This document shows positions 1 through 9,559 of a DNA stretch of 56,744 nucleotides, in pieces; within the stretch, counting starts at the first letter, position 1; every line of letters begins with the position of its first letter. The notes beneath the pieces were generated by a model. That model saw only the letters and a program-made list of their open reading frames with translations, was not told where the DNA came from and searched no databases. The DNA is taken from the IMG/VR virus record IMGVR_UViG_3300048016_000009, positions 1-56,744 of that record, one strand, 5' to 3'. Both the position numbers and the translations under genes were made by a program. This DNA comes from a virus (Duplodnaviria; Caudoviricetes).

Positions 1-127
1 AATTCACCTTCCTTGTACACTGGACCTTCACGCAAACGTGGAACAGCTTCAGGCAAAGATTCTTTAGCAACTGGTAACTTAGACTGCACACGATTGACAG
101 CAGCTTCAATGAAACGATCACCACTGT
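1..127. repeat. 127-bp exact terminal overlap (copy 1); circular assembly join
   Basis: Bases 1-127 (aattcaccttcc...gatcaccactgt) are identical to 56618-56744. The repeat lies inside a coding frame and its length matches a common assembler k-mer. Confidence 0.95.
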
Positions 128-2864
128 CTTCAGCCTTGATGACGTTAGGATCACGCTGAATGGAACCACCTTCACGGAACAGATCAAAGAATTCGTAAGC
201 ACTCTTAAACACAAATGGTTGTGAGAAACGAGCAGTGAAGTCACCAACAACTTTACCCAAGGCAATCTCAATCTTGTCAGCTTCTTTCTCAGATGACATA
301 GCTGCAAACACTTGATCAAGGAATTGATTCTGTGTGCCAGCAGGCATCTTCATACCGATGATGGACTCAACCATCTCAGCAGTCTTTGGTTCCAATCCCA
401 TCTTACGTTTAGCCATGAAGTCAGCAACAGCCAGTGTTGGACCCAACGGGAAGATGGCACGTGTGTCAACAGTAGAACCATCATCGTTCTTCATGTTGTA
501 CCACTCAGTGTCTTGGTTGCTCAACCGATAGTCATAGGCCGCTGCCAATGCAGCAGTACCGACAACACCTTTGGCAATGTTCTCTTGACCTTTACGAATG
601 AGAGCTTCACCACCAGAAGAACCAGTAGCTTTCAGCAATGAACCCTGTGCCAAGTCTTCAGCACCTGACATAGCACCAAAGATGCTATAGCGGTATTGGA
701 AAGCAATGGCGTTCGACATGAAGCGAGGGAATGTAGCGATCAAGCTACCACCGGGAAACTCAGCAGCTTTAACAAACAAGTTACCAGCAGCTTCTGCACC
801 AGCCTCAAAGGTTTCAATACCTTTCTTCTGCGCCTTCGGTGTGTAGGAGAATGTAGCCTTCAGTGTTTCGTCAGTGGCTTGTTGTAGGATTGATGCAGGG
901 ATTGTCTTACCTTGACCAATCACCTCATACATGTCCAAACCAGCACGGCGCATATGCTTCTCAACAGAAGCGTTGAAGATGGCTTTACGGAAGAAGGCAT
1001 CCTGTGCAACGTTCAGGGTATTGAAGATCTTTGCAGCACGAGAGATTTCGTTGGTGGAGCTTTCTTGTGTAGCGCTCAAGATGTTGTTACGCAATGCAGG
1101 ATTGTTCTGCAACAAAGTGTCTGTGACCTCAGTGGATAACCCACCCTTTGCCATGTATCCGTACACACCAAACGCATCACTCATGGTGTCACCAAGACTA
1201 CGCATAGCTGTAGTGACTCGTTGACCTTTAGCTGCACCATCCAGTGTACGACCAACGGTGTACAGAGCACCTTCAACAAGTGAAGCAGCAGAGTTGTATG
1301 TCAAACCAACAGTAGTACCCAAGACGTTACGAACTGTGGTGCCAATACCAGACACAACCCAAGCTTTAGATTCACGCTCAAGGGTGTTGACTGCTTGACC
1401 AATATAACCAAGCGCTGACACTTGACTATCTGGTTTAGCAAACAAGTCATCCACTTGCTTCTTGAATACTGGATCAATCTCTGTCAGTCGCTTCAGCACC
1501 TTAGACGCAGCAGAGTATTGCTGCATCACTTGAGCAGCCTCTGTCACCGTCATCTTGTTTGCTTTAGCAAAATCGTCTGGTGTCAAACCTTCTTTGCGAA
1601 TTGCCTGTTCCAGTACAGCATCATTGACATTGTCCAGATTGGAGAACACCTCATTGATGGCAGAGCTAGTTTGTTGGTTAGGTTTAAGACGGAATGTTGG
1701 GTCTTGTTCAATGACGTGCATCGCCACACGAACAGCACGAGCCGACATATCCTTCTGAATCTTTGAATCTGTCAAAGCTGTAGCAGGGTTCACTTCATCC
1801 AAGATGCGACGACCTTCAACCTTGATGAATTCTTCAACAACCTGATCCATGTTCTGAGTGACAGGGTCAGTCAAGATACGCTCAGTTGATGTCACTGGTG
1901 CATTAGGGTTGGTAGGTGATGCTTGTTTCTTCTTCAAGATGTCAGTGAGTTGTTCAGCGCCAGACTTACCAGCAGGAACAGCCAGTGTTCCTTTAGCTTC
2001 AGCGAATCCACCAACAGCACCAAACAAACCAGCCACAGCCATTTGACCAGCATCAAGATTGGCAGGTTGTTCACCAAGCGATTTAGCTACTTCTTGTTTC
2101 TTCTTTTGTTCAATGACGTTCTGTCCAATACCAACAAGAGCTTCAGTGCCTGTAGTGGCAGCAGTGACAGCAGCAGGTGTGGCTTTCAACAACGAAGCTG
2201 TAGCAGCCTTTGTTGCTTCTTTAGCAATCAACTTCTTACCAGCAGTGGCTACACCAAAGCCAATGTAGTTGGTCAAGTCAGTCAGTGCAGACTTTGCAAT
2301 GTCAATGTATGGTGCAGCACCGGGCTGACCGCCTTTTTCTGTAGCATCTTTAACTTGGTCAAACAAACGATTACCCAATGCCAACTTCTCACGGTCAGGC
2401 ATTGGTGAATTCTTCAGCTTGTTAAGGGCAGCAATGTTGGAGAATGTATTCCAGTCATTACCACGCAACTCAGACATGAAACCAGCAACATATTGTTCTT
2501 TGTTGTCGCCTTCTTTGTACTCTTTACCAGTGGCAACTTTGGTGTAGTCTTGAACAATCTTGAACAAGTCAGGATTGGTGTAGAGTTCTTGATAGTCAAA
2601 CTTAGGTTTGTTGCGCTCTTCAATGGCAGCAGCCTGTACCTTCTGCAACTCTGTAGCTCGCTGACGTGGTGCTGCGAATGCAGGCTTAGTCATATCGACT
2701 TCAGGTTTTGCAGACTGTGCAGCAGCCATGCGTTCAATTTGTTGTGGTGTTGGTGCTGTCTTTGTTGGTACAAGATCATCGAAAGAACCAGCAGTAGAAG
2801 GAATCAAGTCAGCAAAGGTGCTACCTCCACCCGTAGATGGAAGCAAGTCATCAAACATTCCCAT
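1..2864 (-). CDS. N-terminal part of a ~1742-aa internal virion (ejection) protein that continues across the join into 56617-54253
   Basis: ATG at 2864 abuts the stop of the upstream gene and reads MGMFDDLLPSTGGGSTFADLIP... The frame matches the 54253-56706 ORF across the join. It is missing from the ORF track, consistent with having no stop before base 1. It is the last and largest late gene. Confidence 0.8.
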   Translation of the reverse strand, partial: MGMFDDLLPSTGGGSTFADLIPSTAGSFDDLVPTKTAPTPQQIERMAAAQSAKPEVDMTKPAFAAPRQRATELQKVQAAAIEERNKPKFDYQELYTNPDLFKIVQDYTKVATGKEYKEGDNKEQYVAGFMSELRGNDWNTFSNIAALNKLKNSPMPDREKLALGNRLFDQVKDATEKGGQPGAAPYIDIAKSALTDLTNYIGFGVATAGKKLIAKEATKAATASLLKATPAAVTAATTGTEALVGIGQNVIEQKKKQEVAKSLGEQPANLDAGQMAVAGLFGAVGGFAEAKGTLAVPAGKSGAEQLTDILKKKQASPTNPNAPVTSTERILTDPVTQNMDQVVEEFIKVEGRRILDEVNPATALTDSKIQKDMSARAVRVAMHVIEQDPTFRLKPNQQTSSAINEVFSNLDNVNDAVLEQAIRKEGLTPDDFAKANKMTVTEAAQVMQQYSAASKVLKRLTEIDPVFKKQVDDLFAKPDSQVSALGYIGQAVNTLERESKAWVVSGIGTTVRNVLGTTVGLTYNSAASLVEGALYTVGRTLDGAAKGQRVTTAMRSLGDTMSDAFGVYGYMAKGGLSTEVTDTLLQNNPALRNNILSATQESSTNEISRAAKIFNTLNVAQDAFFRKAIFNASVEKHMRRAGLDMYEVIGQGKTIPASILQQATDETLKATFSYTPKAQKKGIETFEAGAEAAGNLFVKAAEFPGGSLIATFPRFMSNAIAFQYRYSIFGAMSGAEDLAQGSLLKATGSSGGEALIRKGQENIAKGVVGTAALAAAYDYRLSNQDTEWYNMKNDDGSTVDTRAIFPLGPTLAVADFMAKRKMGLEPKTAEMVESIIGMKMPAGTQNQFLDQVFAAMSSEKEADKIEIALGKVVGDFTARFSQPFVFKSAYEFFDLFREGGSIQRDPNVIKAEDSGDRFIEAAVNRVQSKLPVAKESLPEAVPRLREGPVYKEGE

Positions 2865-4214
2865 TTAAAACTCCTGACCAGTTTGTTCTTTATAACGTTT
2901 AGCAACGGCAGCGCGATCAGCACCTTTAGCAATAGCAGCTTCAGCTTCTTTACGAAGGTTTGTTGTAGGTGTAGGTACTGTAGGTCGTGCAGCAGGTTGT
3001 GGTGTAGCAGCACCGTCTGTCTTAACAACAGAAGGAACAGCAGATGTGAATGAATTTATCACCGATGCGACATCGCGGTTAAGCGGTTGACCCTTATCGT
3101 CTGTGTAGAGCGACAATGCGTTCTTGGCAGCATTGGCTTGTGTCTCCAAGATTTGACGACGAAGAGCTTGATCATCACCAACATAGTCAATACCAACACT
3201 ACCGTCAGGTTTCTCGATGATGGCAAGTTGCTTAGTCTTGATCAAGTCACCATGCTTAGCAGTGACAGCACGTGCAACAGATGCAGAAGCAAAGGTGTTC
3301 AATGTACCCAGTGCAGGAATCTTACCTTCACCAGCACCTTCACCAGTCTTCTTAGCCATTGCTTCAGTACGAATGTCTGCCATCAACTTATCATATTCAG
3401 GCTTAGCAGCCTTGCGTGTTTCGGCATCACCAAACATATAGCGATTCTTAATGTCAGCAATCTTGTTTGCAAACTCAGTCTGCAATGGTGACATTTCAGC
3501 TTTAGCTTTGGTGAAGTATTTCAACTCAGTCTTTGCAGCATCAATCTTAGTCTCATCACCACTTCGCAGAGCATCGACAAGTTGAACTTGAGCTTTCTCT
3601 GTTTGTTGGTTCAAAGTCTTTGGTGGCTCCAATTTAGTCATATCAAAGGTAGCACCTGTGTTGGTACGCTGAGTACGTGATGTAGCCTGCAAGTCTGCCA
3701 TAGACATACCTTGCGACTTAGCCAACCTACCCATTGTAGAGTCGTATGATGTTTCACCGAAGTCACTGATAAGGCCACCAAGAGGACTACGGTTCTTAGG
3801 AGTTTCAACCTTGGACGACATAGACTCTTTAATCTTACCAACCAAAGAAGGCAATGCTTGAATGCGCTCAGCCTGCACAGCAGGAGATTCATTACCTTGT
3901 GCAATCTGAATATAGTTGTTGAGGTCAATCTTATATGGGTCGTCAGTCTTCTTCAAAGCCTCAAGCGCTACAGGGTTGCCTACCAATGCAGCGACCTGTT
4001 CAGGTGTTGCGCTTGCATAGTTTGTCTTGACCCACAACTTGTCTTCGTCCATCTTGCTAGTGAGTTCACGATTGGCTTTAGAGTTTTCTTCATAACGCTT
4101 ATACAAAGCGCTGAAACCAAGCTTAGCATCTTCACGTGCATTTTGCTCAGCTTGTTCAATGTCGGTAGTAAGTTGTTTAGCAGCACCACCAAGAAAGGAA
4201 AGGACCATACCCAT
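2865..4214 (-). CDS. putative internal virion protein (449 aa)
   Basis: Helical Ala/Lys/Gln-rich ORF with an N-terminal LSFLGGAA, coupled to its neighbours, in the ejection-protein position. Confidence 0.55.
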   Translation of the reverse strand: MGMVLSFLGGAAKQLTTDIEQAEQNAREDAKLGFSALYKRYEENSKANRELTSKMDEDKLWVKTNYASATPEQVAALVGNPVALEALKKTDDPYKIDLNNYIQIAQGNESPAVQAERIQALPSLVGKIKESMSSKVETPKNRSPLGGLISDFGETSYDSTMGRLAKSQGMSMADLQATSRTQRTNTGATFDMTKLEPPKTLNQQTEKAQVQLVDALRSGDETKIDAAKTELKYFTKAKAEMSPLQTEFANKIADIKNRYMFGDAETRKAAKPEYDKLMADIRTEAMAKKTGEGAGEGKIPALGTLNTFASASVARAVTAKHGDLIKTKQLAIIEKPDGSVGIDYVGDDQALRRQILETQANAAKNALSLYTDDKGQPLNRDVASVINSFTSAVPSVVKTDGAATPQPAARPTVPTPTTNLRKEAEAAIAKGADRAAVAKRYKEQTGQEF

Positions 4215-4720
4215 TACATCACCTCTTTCTGTTTACGTGCCATCAAACCAGCAGGCTCTTTAGGCATTACTTCTTTTGTTGTTGTATCTTCTTTGACAGG
4301 GGCATTCATCTTATTAACAAACTCACGCATTAGACGAGGTGGAATGGTTGTGCCTGCTTCAAGATCTTTCTGAAACATTACAACTTTAATGTCATTGAAG
4401 TCTGCAATGCTTTTCAACACTTCCATAATGACAGGCATAACCAAGATACCAGCATCAATAGTATGACGACCCTCAGAGACATGAGCAAGCATGAACGATT
4501 CAGCAATGGTCGCAACAGGCACACCAGTCTCTAACGCATCAAGAATATCGTTAGCTACTTCAGCTTGAGCAAGCGCCATTATGTAGCTCTTAGCTACTGT
4601 TGTTACATTAACCTGAGCAGGTGGATTCAACCAAGGACGGCTCTTAGGTGGTGCAGTCCATGAAATACCCGGTGCTGCGGATGTAAACATTTCACCAACT
4701 GTTGATTCACTTTCTAGCAT
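4214..4720 (-). CDS. hypothetical late protein (168 aa)
   Basis: Overlapping start/stop with neighbours; ends in GLMARKQKEVM. Confidence 0.6.
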   Translation of the reverse strand: MLESESTVGEMFTSAAPGISWTAPPKSRPWLNPPAQVNVTTVAKSYIMALAQAEVANDILDALETGVPVATIAESFMLAHVSEGRHTIDAGILVMPVIMEVLKSIADFNDIKVVMFQKDLEAGTTIPPRLMREFVNKMNAPVKEDTTTKEVMPKEPAGLMARKQKEVM

Positions 4721-4922
4721 TTAAGATTTCCTCTTTGGCTTCACGAATGCCTTCAACCATGTCGGCAATTGTTTCAATCTGGTCACGCTCTTTAGCAGCA
4801 GAGGTTGCATCACCACTCGGTGATAACAATCCTTTACGTGGTGTCTTAGGTTTATTTGTTTTGGCACGAGCAGCAATCACTGCTTCAACCTTGTCATAAT
4901 AGGATTTAATATGTTGTTGCAT
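4707..4922 (-). CDS. hypothetical late protein (71 aa)
   Basis: Fills the gap in the late operon and overlaps the next gene. Confidence 0.55.
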   Translation of the reverse strand: MQQHIKSYYDKVEAVIAARAKTNKPKTPRKGLLSPSGDATSAAKERDQIETIADMVEGIREAKEEILNARK

Positions 4923-4931
4923 TTATGTCTT

Positions 4932-6980
4932 TCAAGGTGTGGTTAATTTATCCCAAGCATCACTGACAGCAGTCCAGACCTTATCACTTTCCAACACTTT
5001 TACAACAGCACCACCAATGGCAGCAGTAGATGCGGCCTTAGCAGTATTGGATGATGCAGTCACTGTAGCATTAGAAGTGAGAGTGGCTTTAACAATCTCT
5101 GTAGCCCTGTCCTTCACAGCTTCACCAGTCTTCCATGATTGTTCAAGCAAGTCACGATAGGTTTGGCTTTGTTGTGCATATGTAGAAGCAGCTAAGTCTG
5201 TAGCATTCTTTGCATTAACAGCATTGGCTGCATTGGTAGCAGCAGTGTTTGCTACAGAAACTTCAGCTAAGATTTTAGCATTAGCCAAGTTGATCTGTGT
5301 AGTCATGTTGGCGTTAAACTCTTCACGCTGCTGAGCCTGCTGAGCATTGAACTTACCAATCTCGTTAGCTGCCAAAGCGTTAGTCATGTTAACTTTATTC
5401 AACTGATCAGCATTAAACTGCTGAGCAGACTGCATCAACGTAGAAGACACCTTAGCTGCATCCAAAGCATTAGCGGCGTTAGTGATGGCTGTAGCATTAG
5501 CAAAACCTGCATCACTCACCAGAGCATCACTCATCTCTTGTGCTCGGAACAACATAGTTTGTTGCTTATTATCCAAGTTCTTAATGTCCATCATCAAGAA
5601 AGCTTTAGCATTCTCAACAGCCACCTGCTGACGATTGTTCAGGTTGGCTGTCTCAAGCTGAGACATCTGTGCCATCTTACCCAACACAACAGCATTCTTA
5701 GCTGACAAATTGGCGATGTCCATTGATCCAGCAAGCCTGCTATTTTCAATAACAATCTGTGTCTGTGCATCAAAGTTCTTGTTAGCAATGTCAGCAACCT
5801 TTGCAGCGTTCAACACACGAGTTTGAAACGCTTGATCAAAGTCTTGACCCAAGAAAGCAGCACGTTGTTGACCAACAAGAATGGCAGTCTGCTGACGGTT
5901 AGACAGGTTCTGCAAACCCATTGTCTCAAACACCTTAGCATCAGCAGCAGCGATGGGTGTAGCAGCCTCTAGCGTGGCTTGAATGATAGCTTGACCAGCC
6001 ATGCTACTAGCACCAATACCACGTGCTGCCATCTGTGCATTAGCTGCCCTCATTGAAGCTGCCGCCCAAGGTGGTGGAGTGCCAGCATCGAAGTTGGTCA
6101 ACAGCTTATTGAGTTGACCCTGTACAGTCATGTCATCTGTTACAGTGCCTTGTGCTGCCTGTGTCTTAGCAAGAGTATCTTCAACCTTCGCCATATCAAC
6201 AGCACTGCCCGATACCATCTCACCTTCCTGCACAGTACGTGTAGGAGCATTCTGTACAGTACTAGCAACACCTTGTGCGGCCTGTGTATTAGCAACAGCG
6301 GTAGTTGTTGGTTCTTGTGTAGCAGCTACAGCTTTAGCAGCGTCAGATACAACACCTTGTTGCGCGTCTACATTAGTTAGAATGTCAGAAACACCCTTAG
6401 ACGAAGATGCAGCAGTTGCGGTAGGAGCAGTAATAACTGTCGGCATTCCAATACCGACTGGTGTTGCGACATTGGTTACAGTGGCTTTATCCGTTACACC
6501 AGCCTGACCCGCCGTTGCATTCGTTGGTGTTGCTGTCTGTGCAGCAGTATAAGATGAAGCACCGGGAATAGTAGGGGCACCAACGGTTGTATCGGTTGTA
6601 GCAGCTTTGGTAGTAACACCCTTAGCTGCATCATAACGTGCCTGAACTTCATTACCGCTAAGTCCGTAACCTCGTGCAATCTGATCAACACTCAAACCAA
6701 GTTCATCCATCTTTGCAGCAACCTGCTTATCGGACATACCTTGATTGGCTGCAATATAGTTTTTAATTTCTTCATCAGAAATAGCAGCACCGCCTGCTGC
6801 AAACTTCCTAACCATACCGCCCTTAGCCATACGCTCTGCAAACTTAGAAGTAATGGCAGAATACTTCTGTGCATCAGAAGGTGATGCAGACAAGAACTCG
6901 TCAAACATTTGCATAGGACCATCATAGCCCATCTTACGTGCGACGATTTCTTTTTGTTTTGATGTAAAGCTTTCAGCCAT
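4932..6980 (-). CDS. putative internal virion / DNA ejection protein (682 aa)
   Basis: Ala/Gln/Asn-rich, with NLSNRQQ / NLNNRQQ / QFNA repeats typical of podovirus pilot proteins; tandem MAKGG-FAAGG near the N-terminus. Confidence 0.6.
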   Translation of the reverse strand: MAESFTSKQKEIVARKMGYDGPMQMFDEFLSASPSDAQKYSAITSKFAERMAKGGMVRKFAAGGAAISDEEIKNYIAANQGMSDKQVAAKMDELGLSVDQIARGYGLSGNEVQARYDAAKGVTTKAATTDTTVGAPTIPGASSYTAAQTATPTNATAGQAGVTDKATVTNVATPVGIGMPTVITAPTATAASSSKGVSDILTNVDAQQGVVSDAAKAVAATQEPTTTAVANTQAAQGVASTVQNAPTRTVQEGEMVSGSAVDMAKVEDTLAKTQAAQGTVTDDMTVQGQLNKLLTNFDAGTPPPWAAASMRAANAQMAARGIGASSMAGQAIIQATLEAATPIAAADAKVFETMGLQNLSNRQQTAILVGQQRAAFLGQDFDQAFQTRVLNAAKVADIANKNFDAQTQIVIENSRLAGSMDIANLSAKNAVVLGKMAQMSQLETANLNNRQQVAVENAKAFLMMDIKNLDNKQQTMLFRAQEMSDALVSDAGFANATAITNAANALDAAKVSSTLMQSAQQFNADQLNKVNMTNALAANEIGKFNAQQAQQREEFNANMTTQINLANAKILAEVSVANTAATNAANAVNAKNATDLAASTYAQQSQTYRDLLEQSWKTGEAVKDRATEIVKATLTSNATVTASSNTAKAASTAAIGGAVVKVLESDKVWTAVSDAWDKLTTP

Positions 6981-6991
6981 ATGTTTTCCTA

Positions 6992-7462
6992 TTATGCCAC
7001 GATACCGGGCAGATATACAGTTCTACCATTTTGTTTCACTGCTGTCATCACTTGTTTCTTCAGGTTGTTGACATCATAACTAACGTGTACCCAACCACTA
7101 TCGGGAATACCTTGTGTGTAGAACTCAAGAATGATTTGTGTGTAGTCAAAGTTGTCAGCGATATATTGTGCAAGGTCTGCATTGGCAACACCGGGAATCT
7201 CAATATCAGCAGCTTGACCTTTGCAGTGATCGCTAGTACGACTACCACCAACAGCAGCATTAACGTCAGGGCTACGATAGCCACTGTTGACCTTAATACC
7301 AACACCATATACATCACGCAATGGTTGCAACACTTGCTCACACAGAGTGGTTAAGTTCTGCACAATGTCATCACTCTGTGGTGTGTTATCCATGTCTCGG
7401 CGTGAAGCAGTCTCACTCTTAATCATCTCATGTAACGAGAAGTTGTTAGTCAACATTGTCAT
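6992..7462 (-). CDS. endolysin, peptidase M15A family
   Basis: SGYRS...N..VGG...SDHCKGQAADI and WVHVSY zinc-peptidase motifs. Confidence 0.9.
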   Translation of the reverse strand: MTMLTNNFSLHEMIKSETASRRDMDNTPQSDDIVQNLTTLCEQVLQPLRDVYGVGIKVNSGYRSPDVNAAVGGSRTSDHCKGQAADIEIPGVANADLAQYIADNFDYTQIILEFYTQGIPDSGWVHVSYDVNNLKKQVMTAVKQNGRTVYLPGIVA

Positions 7463-7911
7463 TTCTTTTCCTTGTTGTCAGGCCAAGCACTCATCAATGC
7501 TTTTGAATCAAGGGCGTGTCCGTCAGCTTTTCTTGCCATGTCTTCAAGAGCAACTGAACACTCTCCGAATACGGACGTTGCGGCTGCTGCATAGTTTCTA
7601 ACGGAGGTGCAGGTAGCTGTGGGGATGGCGGCACTAGCACGGTCGGCTTCGACACGCACCCTGTGAAGCTCAATACGAGCAGCATCGGCAGCAACAGCAT
7701 TCTTACGCATTTGTGCTTGGGCAAATCTAAGAGCATTTTCTTTCTTTCCTTGTAAACGTGTAGCTTCTTCCAAAGACTGTGATGTTGCAATAGTTAATGC
7801 AGCAGCATTTGCTGTCTCAATGTCTGCGATGACAGCATCCATTCTCCATCCTTGAACAGTGAAACCAGTAAAGAATGCGGTGATGGCTATACCAATTGAT
7901 AAGTAGTTCAT
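7459..7911 (-). CDS. Rz-like inner-membrane spanin
   Basis: N-terminal TM helix followed by an Ala-rich coiled coil; adjacent to the endolysin; contains an embedded lipoprotein ORF. Confidence 0.75.
   Translation of the reverse strand: MNYLSIGIAITAFFTGFTVQGWRMDAVIADIETANAAALTIATSQSLEEATRLQGKKENALRFAQAQMRKNAVAADAARIELHRVRVEADRASAAIPTATCTSVRNYAAAATSVFGECSVALEDMARKADGHALDSKALMSAWPDNKEKK
7494..7736 (-). CDS. Rz1-like outer-membrane spanin (embedded lipoprotein); start at 7736 or 7700
   Basis: Hydrophobic signal MLLLPMLLVLSFTG-C followed by Pro-rich VPPSPQLPAPP, in an alternate frame wholly inside the Rz-like gene. Confidence 0.75.
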   Translation of the reverse strand: MLLDLPKHKCVRMLLLPMLLVLSFTGCVSKPTVLVPPSPQLPAPPLETMQQPQRPYSESVQLLLKTWQEKLTDTPLIQKH

Positions 7912-8318
7912 AGCATTGGTCCTTGCTGTCTAGGCATCGGAGGTGGCGGTAGTGGTCTGTTTAATGGGGATTGAGAAAAGTTGGTATTTGGAATGTCCGA
8001 CATCTTACCACGAACGTATGCTGTTGCTGCCATGAATGCAACAACAACTGTACCCATAGAAGCACAGAATGTTGTAGCCAATCCAACAATCAAGGGAATT
8101 TTGTTAGCTTCAACAAGACCTGATGCAAGCAATACGATGAGCAGGAACGGCAAGAACAATGCAGCCCATGCCATAATGCGTTGCTGATCTGCCAGCTTAT
8201 CCATGTTCTCAATCTGCAATATCTTGTCACTGCGTTCGATTTCAACGTCAGTAACAATACCATCATGATCTAAATCAAACTGGTTATATGCAGAAGATTC
8301 TTCAAGTCGTTTACTCAT
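7908..8318 (-). CDS. two-TM membrane protein, holin candidate, with a DxDxDG loop
   Basis: DLDHDGIVTDVE followed by two hydrophobic helices; in the lysis cassette. Confidence 0.5.
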   Translation of the reverse strand: MSKRLEESSAYNQFDLDHDGIVTDVEIERSDKILQIENMDKLADQQRIMAWAALFLPFLLIVLLASGLVEANKIPLIVGLATTFCASMGTVVVAFMAATAYVRGKMSDIPNTNFSQSPLNRPLPPPPMPRQQGPML

Positions 8319-8767
8319 TATCTATTCCTAAACAATTCAAAGACGAGTACACCAAAGTAAATAGAACAAGTAAGTACAACAGCTAAGCATGTATACCAGA
8401 AAGCATTGATCATCTTCTTAGCACGTATTACTTTCGCACGTGCATCTTCACGTTTCTGTTCTTCTCTACGCTTTGCAGCTTTAGCTTGAAACATTCTCCA
8501 GTCATCAAGCAAACCAGCCCTACCGTGATAGTTCATCAACTGCTCAAGCTCAGCCTTCTGATTCTTGATTTGTTCTAGTGCAGCAAACTCTTCCAAGTCT
8601 GTATTGACAGTAGAGCCTGATTTCTTATTCAGTCTTTTCTGCAAAGAGGCTTCATTATCAAAGTAGGAAAACAGTGCTTGCCCTGCTGACATAATGTCAC
8701 CAGAGTTCTGCACTGTTTCTTTAATGACAGCAAAGGCTGCGTTACATGCTGCAAGTTCTAACAACAT
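8318..8767 (-). CDS. hypothetical protein with a C-terminal TM helix
   Basis: Coupled ORF; coiled coil then FWYTCLAVVLTCSIYFGVLVF. Confidence 0.55.
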   Translation of the reverse strand: MLLELAACNAAFAVIKETVQNSGDIMSAGQALFSYFDNEASLQKRLNKKSGSTVNTDLEEFAALEQIKNQKAELEQLMNYHGRAGLLDDWRMFQAKAAKRREEQKREDARAKVIRAKKMINAFWYTCLAVVLTCSIYFGVLVFELFRNR

Positions 8768-8973
8768 TACCGCAGCATCCGTTCAGCGATGAATGTAAGC
8801 ACACCACCGAAGATGGATGCTATAGTCATACCCATCCAGAAACCGCCCTTGCTTTGGTTAGCTAGTTGTAACAACTCTTTGATGTCAGCATCCATACTAT
8901 CAACCTTCTTAGTGAGGTTGTCTACGGTGCTGATTAGTTTGCCGTACTCGACTGGATCGATGATGTCCGACAT
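8767..8973 (-). CDS. small coiled-coil plus TM protein (holin/antiholin-like)
   Basis: 68 aa, heptad region followed by GGFWMGMTIASIFGGVLTFI. Confidence 0.5.
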   Translation of the reverse strand: MSDIIDPVEYGKLISTVDNLTKKVDSMDADIKELLQLANQSKGGFWMGMTIASIFGGVLTFIAERMLR

Positions 8974-8988
8974 TGGTTACTCCAATAA

Positions 8989-9342
8989 TTAGATTACGCA
9001 AACAGGTTGCGCGATTGTGAGAGGATCAACACCTTCAGGAATCATCGTTGGGTCCAAGATATCTCCGCTATCTTTGTCGCGCAAAGCATGAATGCAGTAA
9101 GCAACGGTATTGTCTTCTAAAGCCACAAGTTCGTGGTTGTATTCTGCTTTGATGAAAATCATCTGTGGTGCTTTGAAGTCGTTGGTTTTACCATTGACTG
9201 TGACACGCAGCGATCCAGCCGCCAAGAGTGTGAGATGATCGAACTGATGCACATGGCCTTGTTCAACATCTCCGGCTTTGGCGAAGTGCATCTGCTTTGA
9301 AAACAGATTGGCAACGCAGCCTAATGAATAACTTGGGAACAT
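8989..9342 (-). CDS. cupin-fold protein
   Basis: GHVHQFDHLTLLAAGSLRV...H cupin motif pair. Confidence 0.7.
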   Translation of the reverse strand: MFPSYSLGCVANLFSKQMHFAKAGDVEQGHVHQFDHLTLLAAGSLRVTVNGKTNDFKAPQMIFIKAEYNHELVALEDNTVAYCIHALRDKDSGDILDPTMIPEGVDPLTIAQPVCVI

Positions 9343-9351
9343 GGTCTACCT

Positions 9352-9558
9352 TTACTCTGGTGTGACTACTGGGATGGATGGAATAACTGGAGCAGTGAAC
9401 GAGCCGTCTGCATGCTTGATCCAGCCTTGCTCGACGTTGTCGGGAGCAGTTTCAAACATAGCTACTACCTCTGGGGTAAAGCAGTCGGCCAACTCAAAGC
9501 CGCCGTGAGGAACGAAGATCTCTTGAACAATATTTTCGACAACACGAATGTTTTTCAT
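9352..9558 (-). CDS. small tail-fibre-associated protein
   Basis: Follows the Gly-rich fibre gene; V..GW...DGSFTAP pattern typical of fibre chaperones. Confidence 0.5.
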   Translation of the reverse strand: MKNIRVVENIVQEIFVPHGGFELADCFTPEVVAMFETAPDNVEQGWIKHADGSFTAPVIPSIPVVTPE

Positions 9559-9559
9559 T

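Noticed and set aside
1-127. Biological direct terminal repeat
   Set aside because: It lies in the middle of a coding frame and its length matches a usual assembler k-mer, so it is better explained as circular overlap.
312-3491. Plus-strand ORFs of 60-186 aa
   Set aside because: They are antisense shadows of long minus-strand virion genes, with no SD or motif support.
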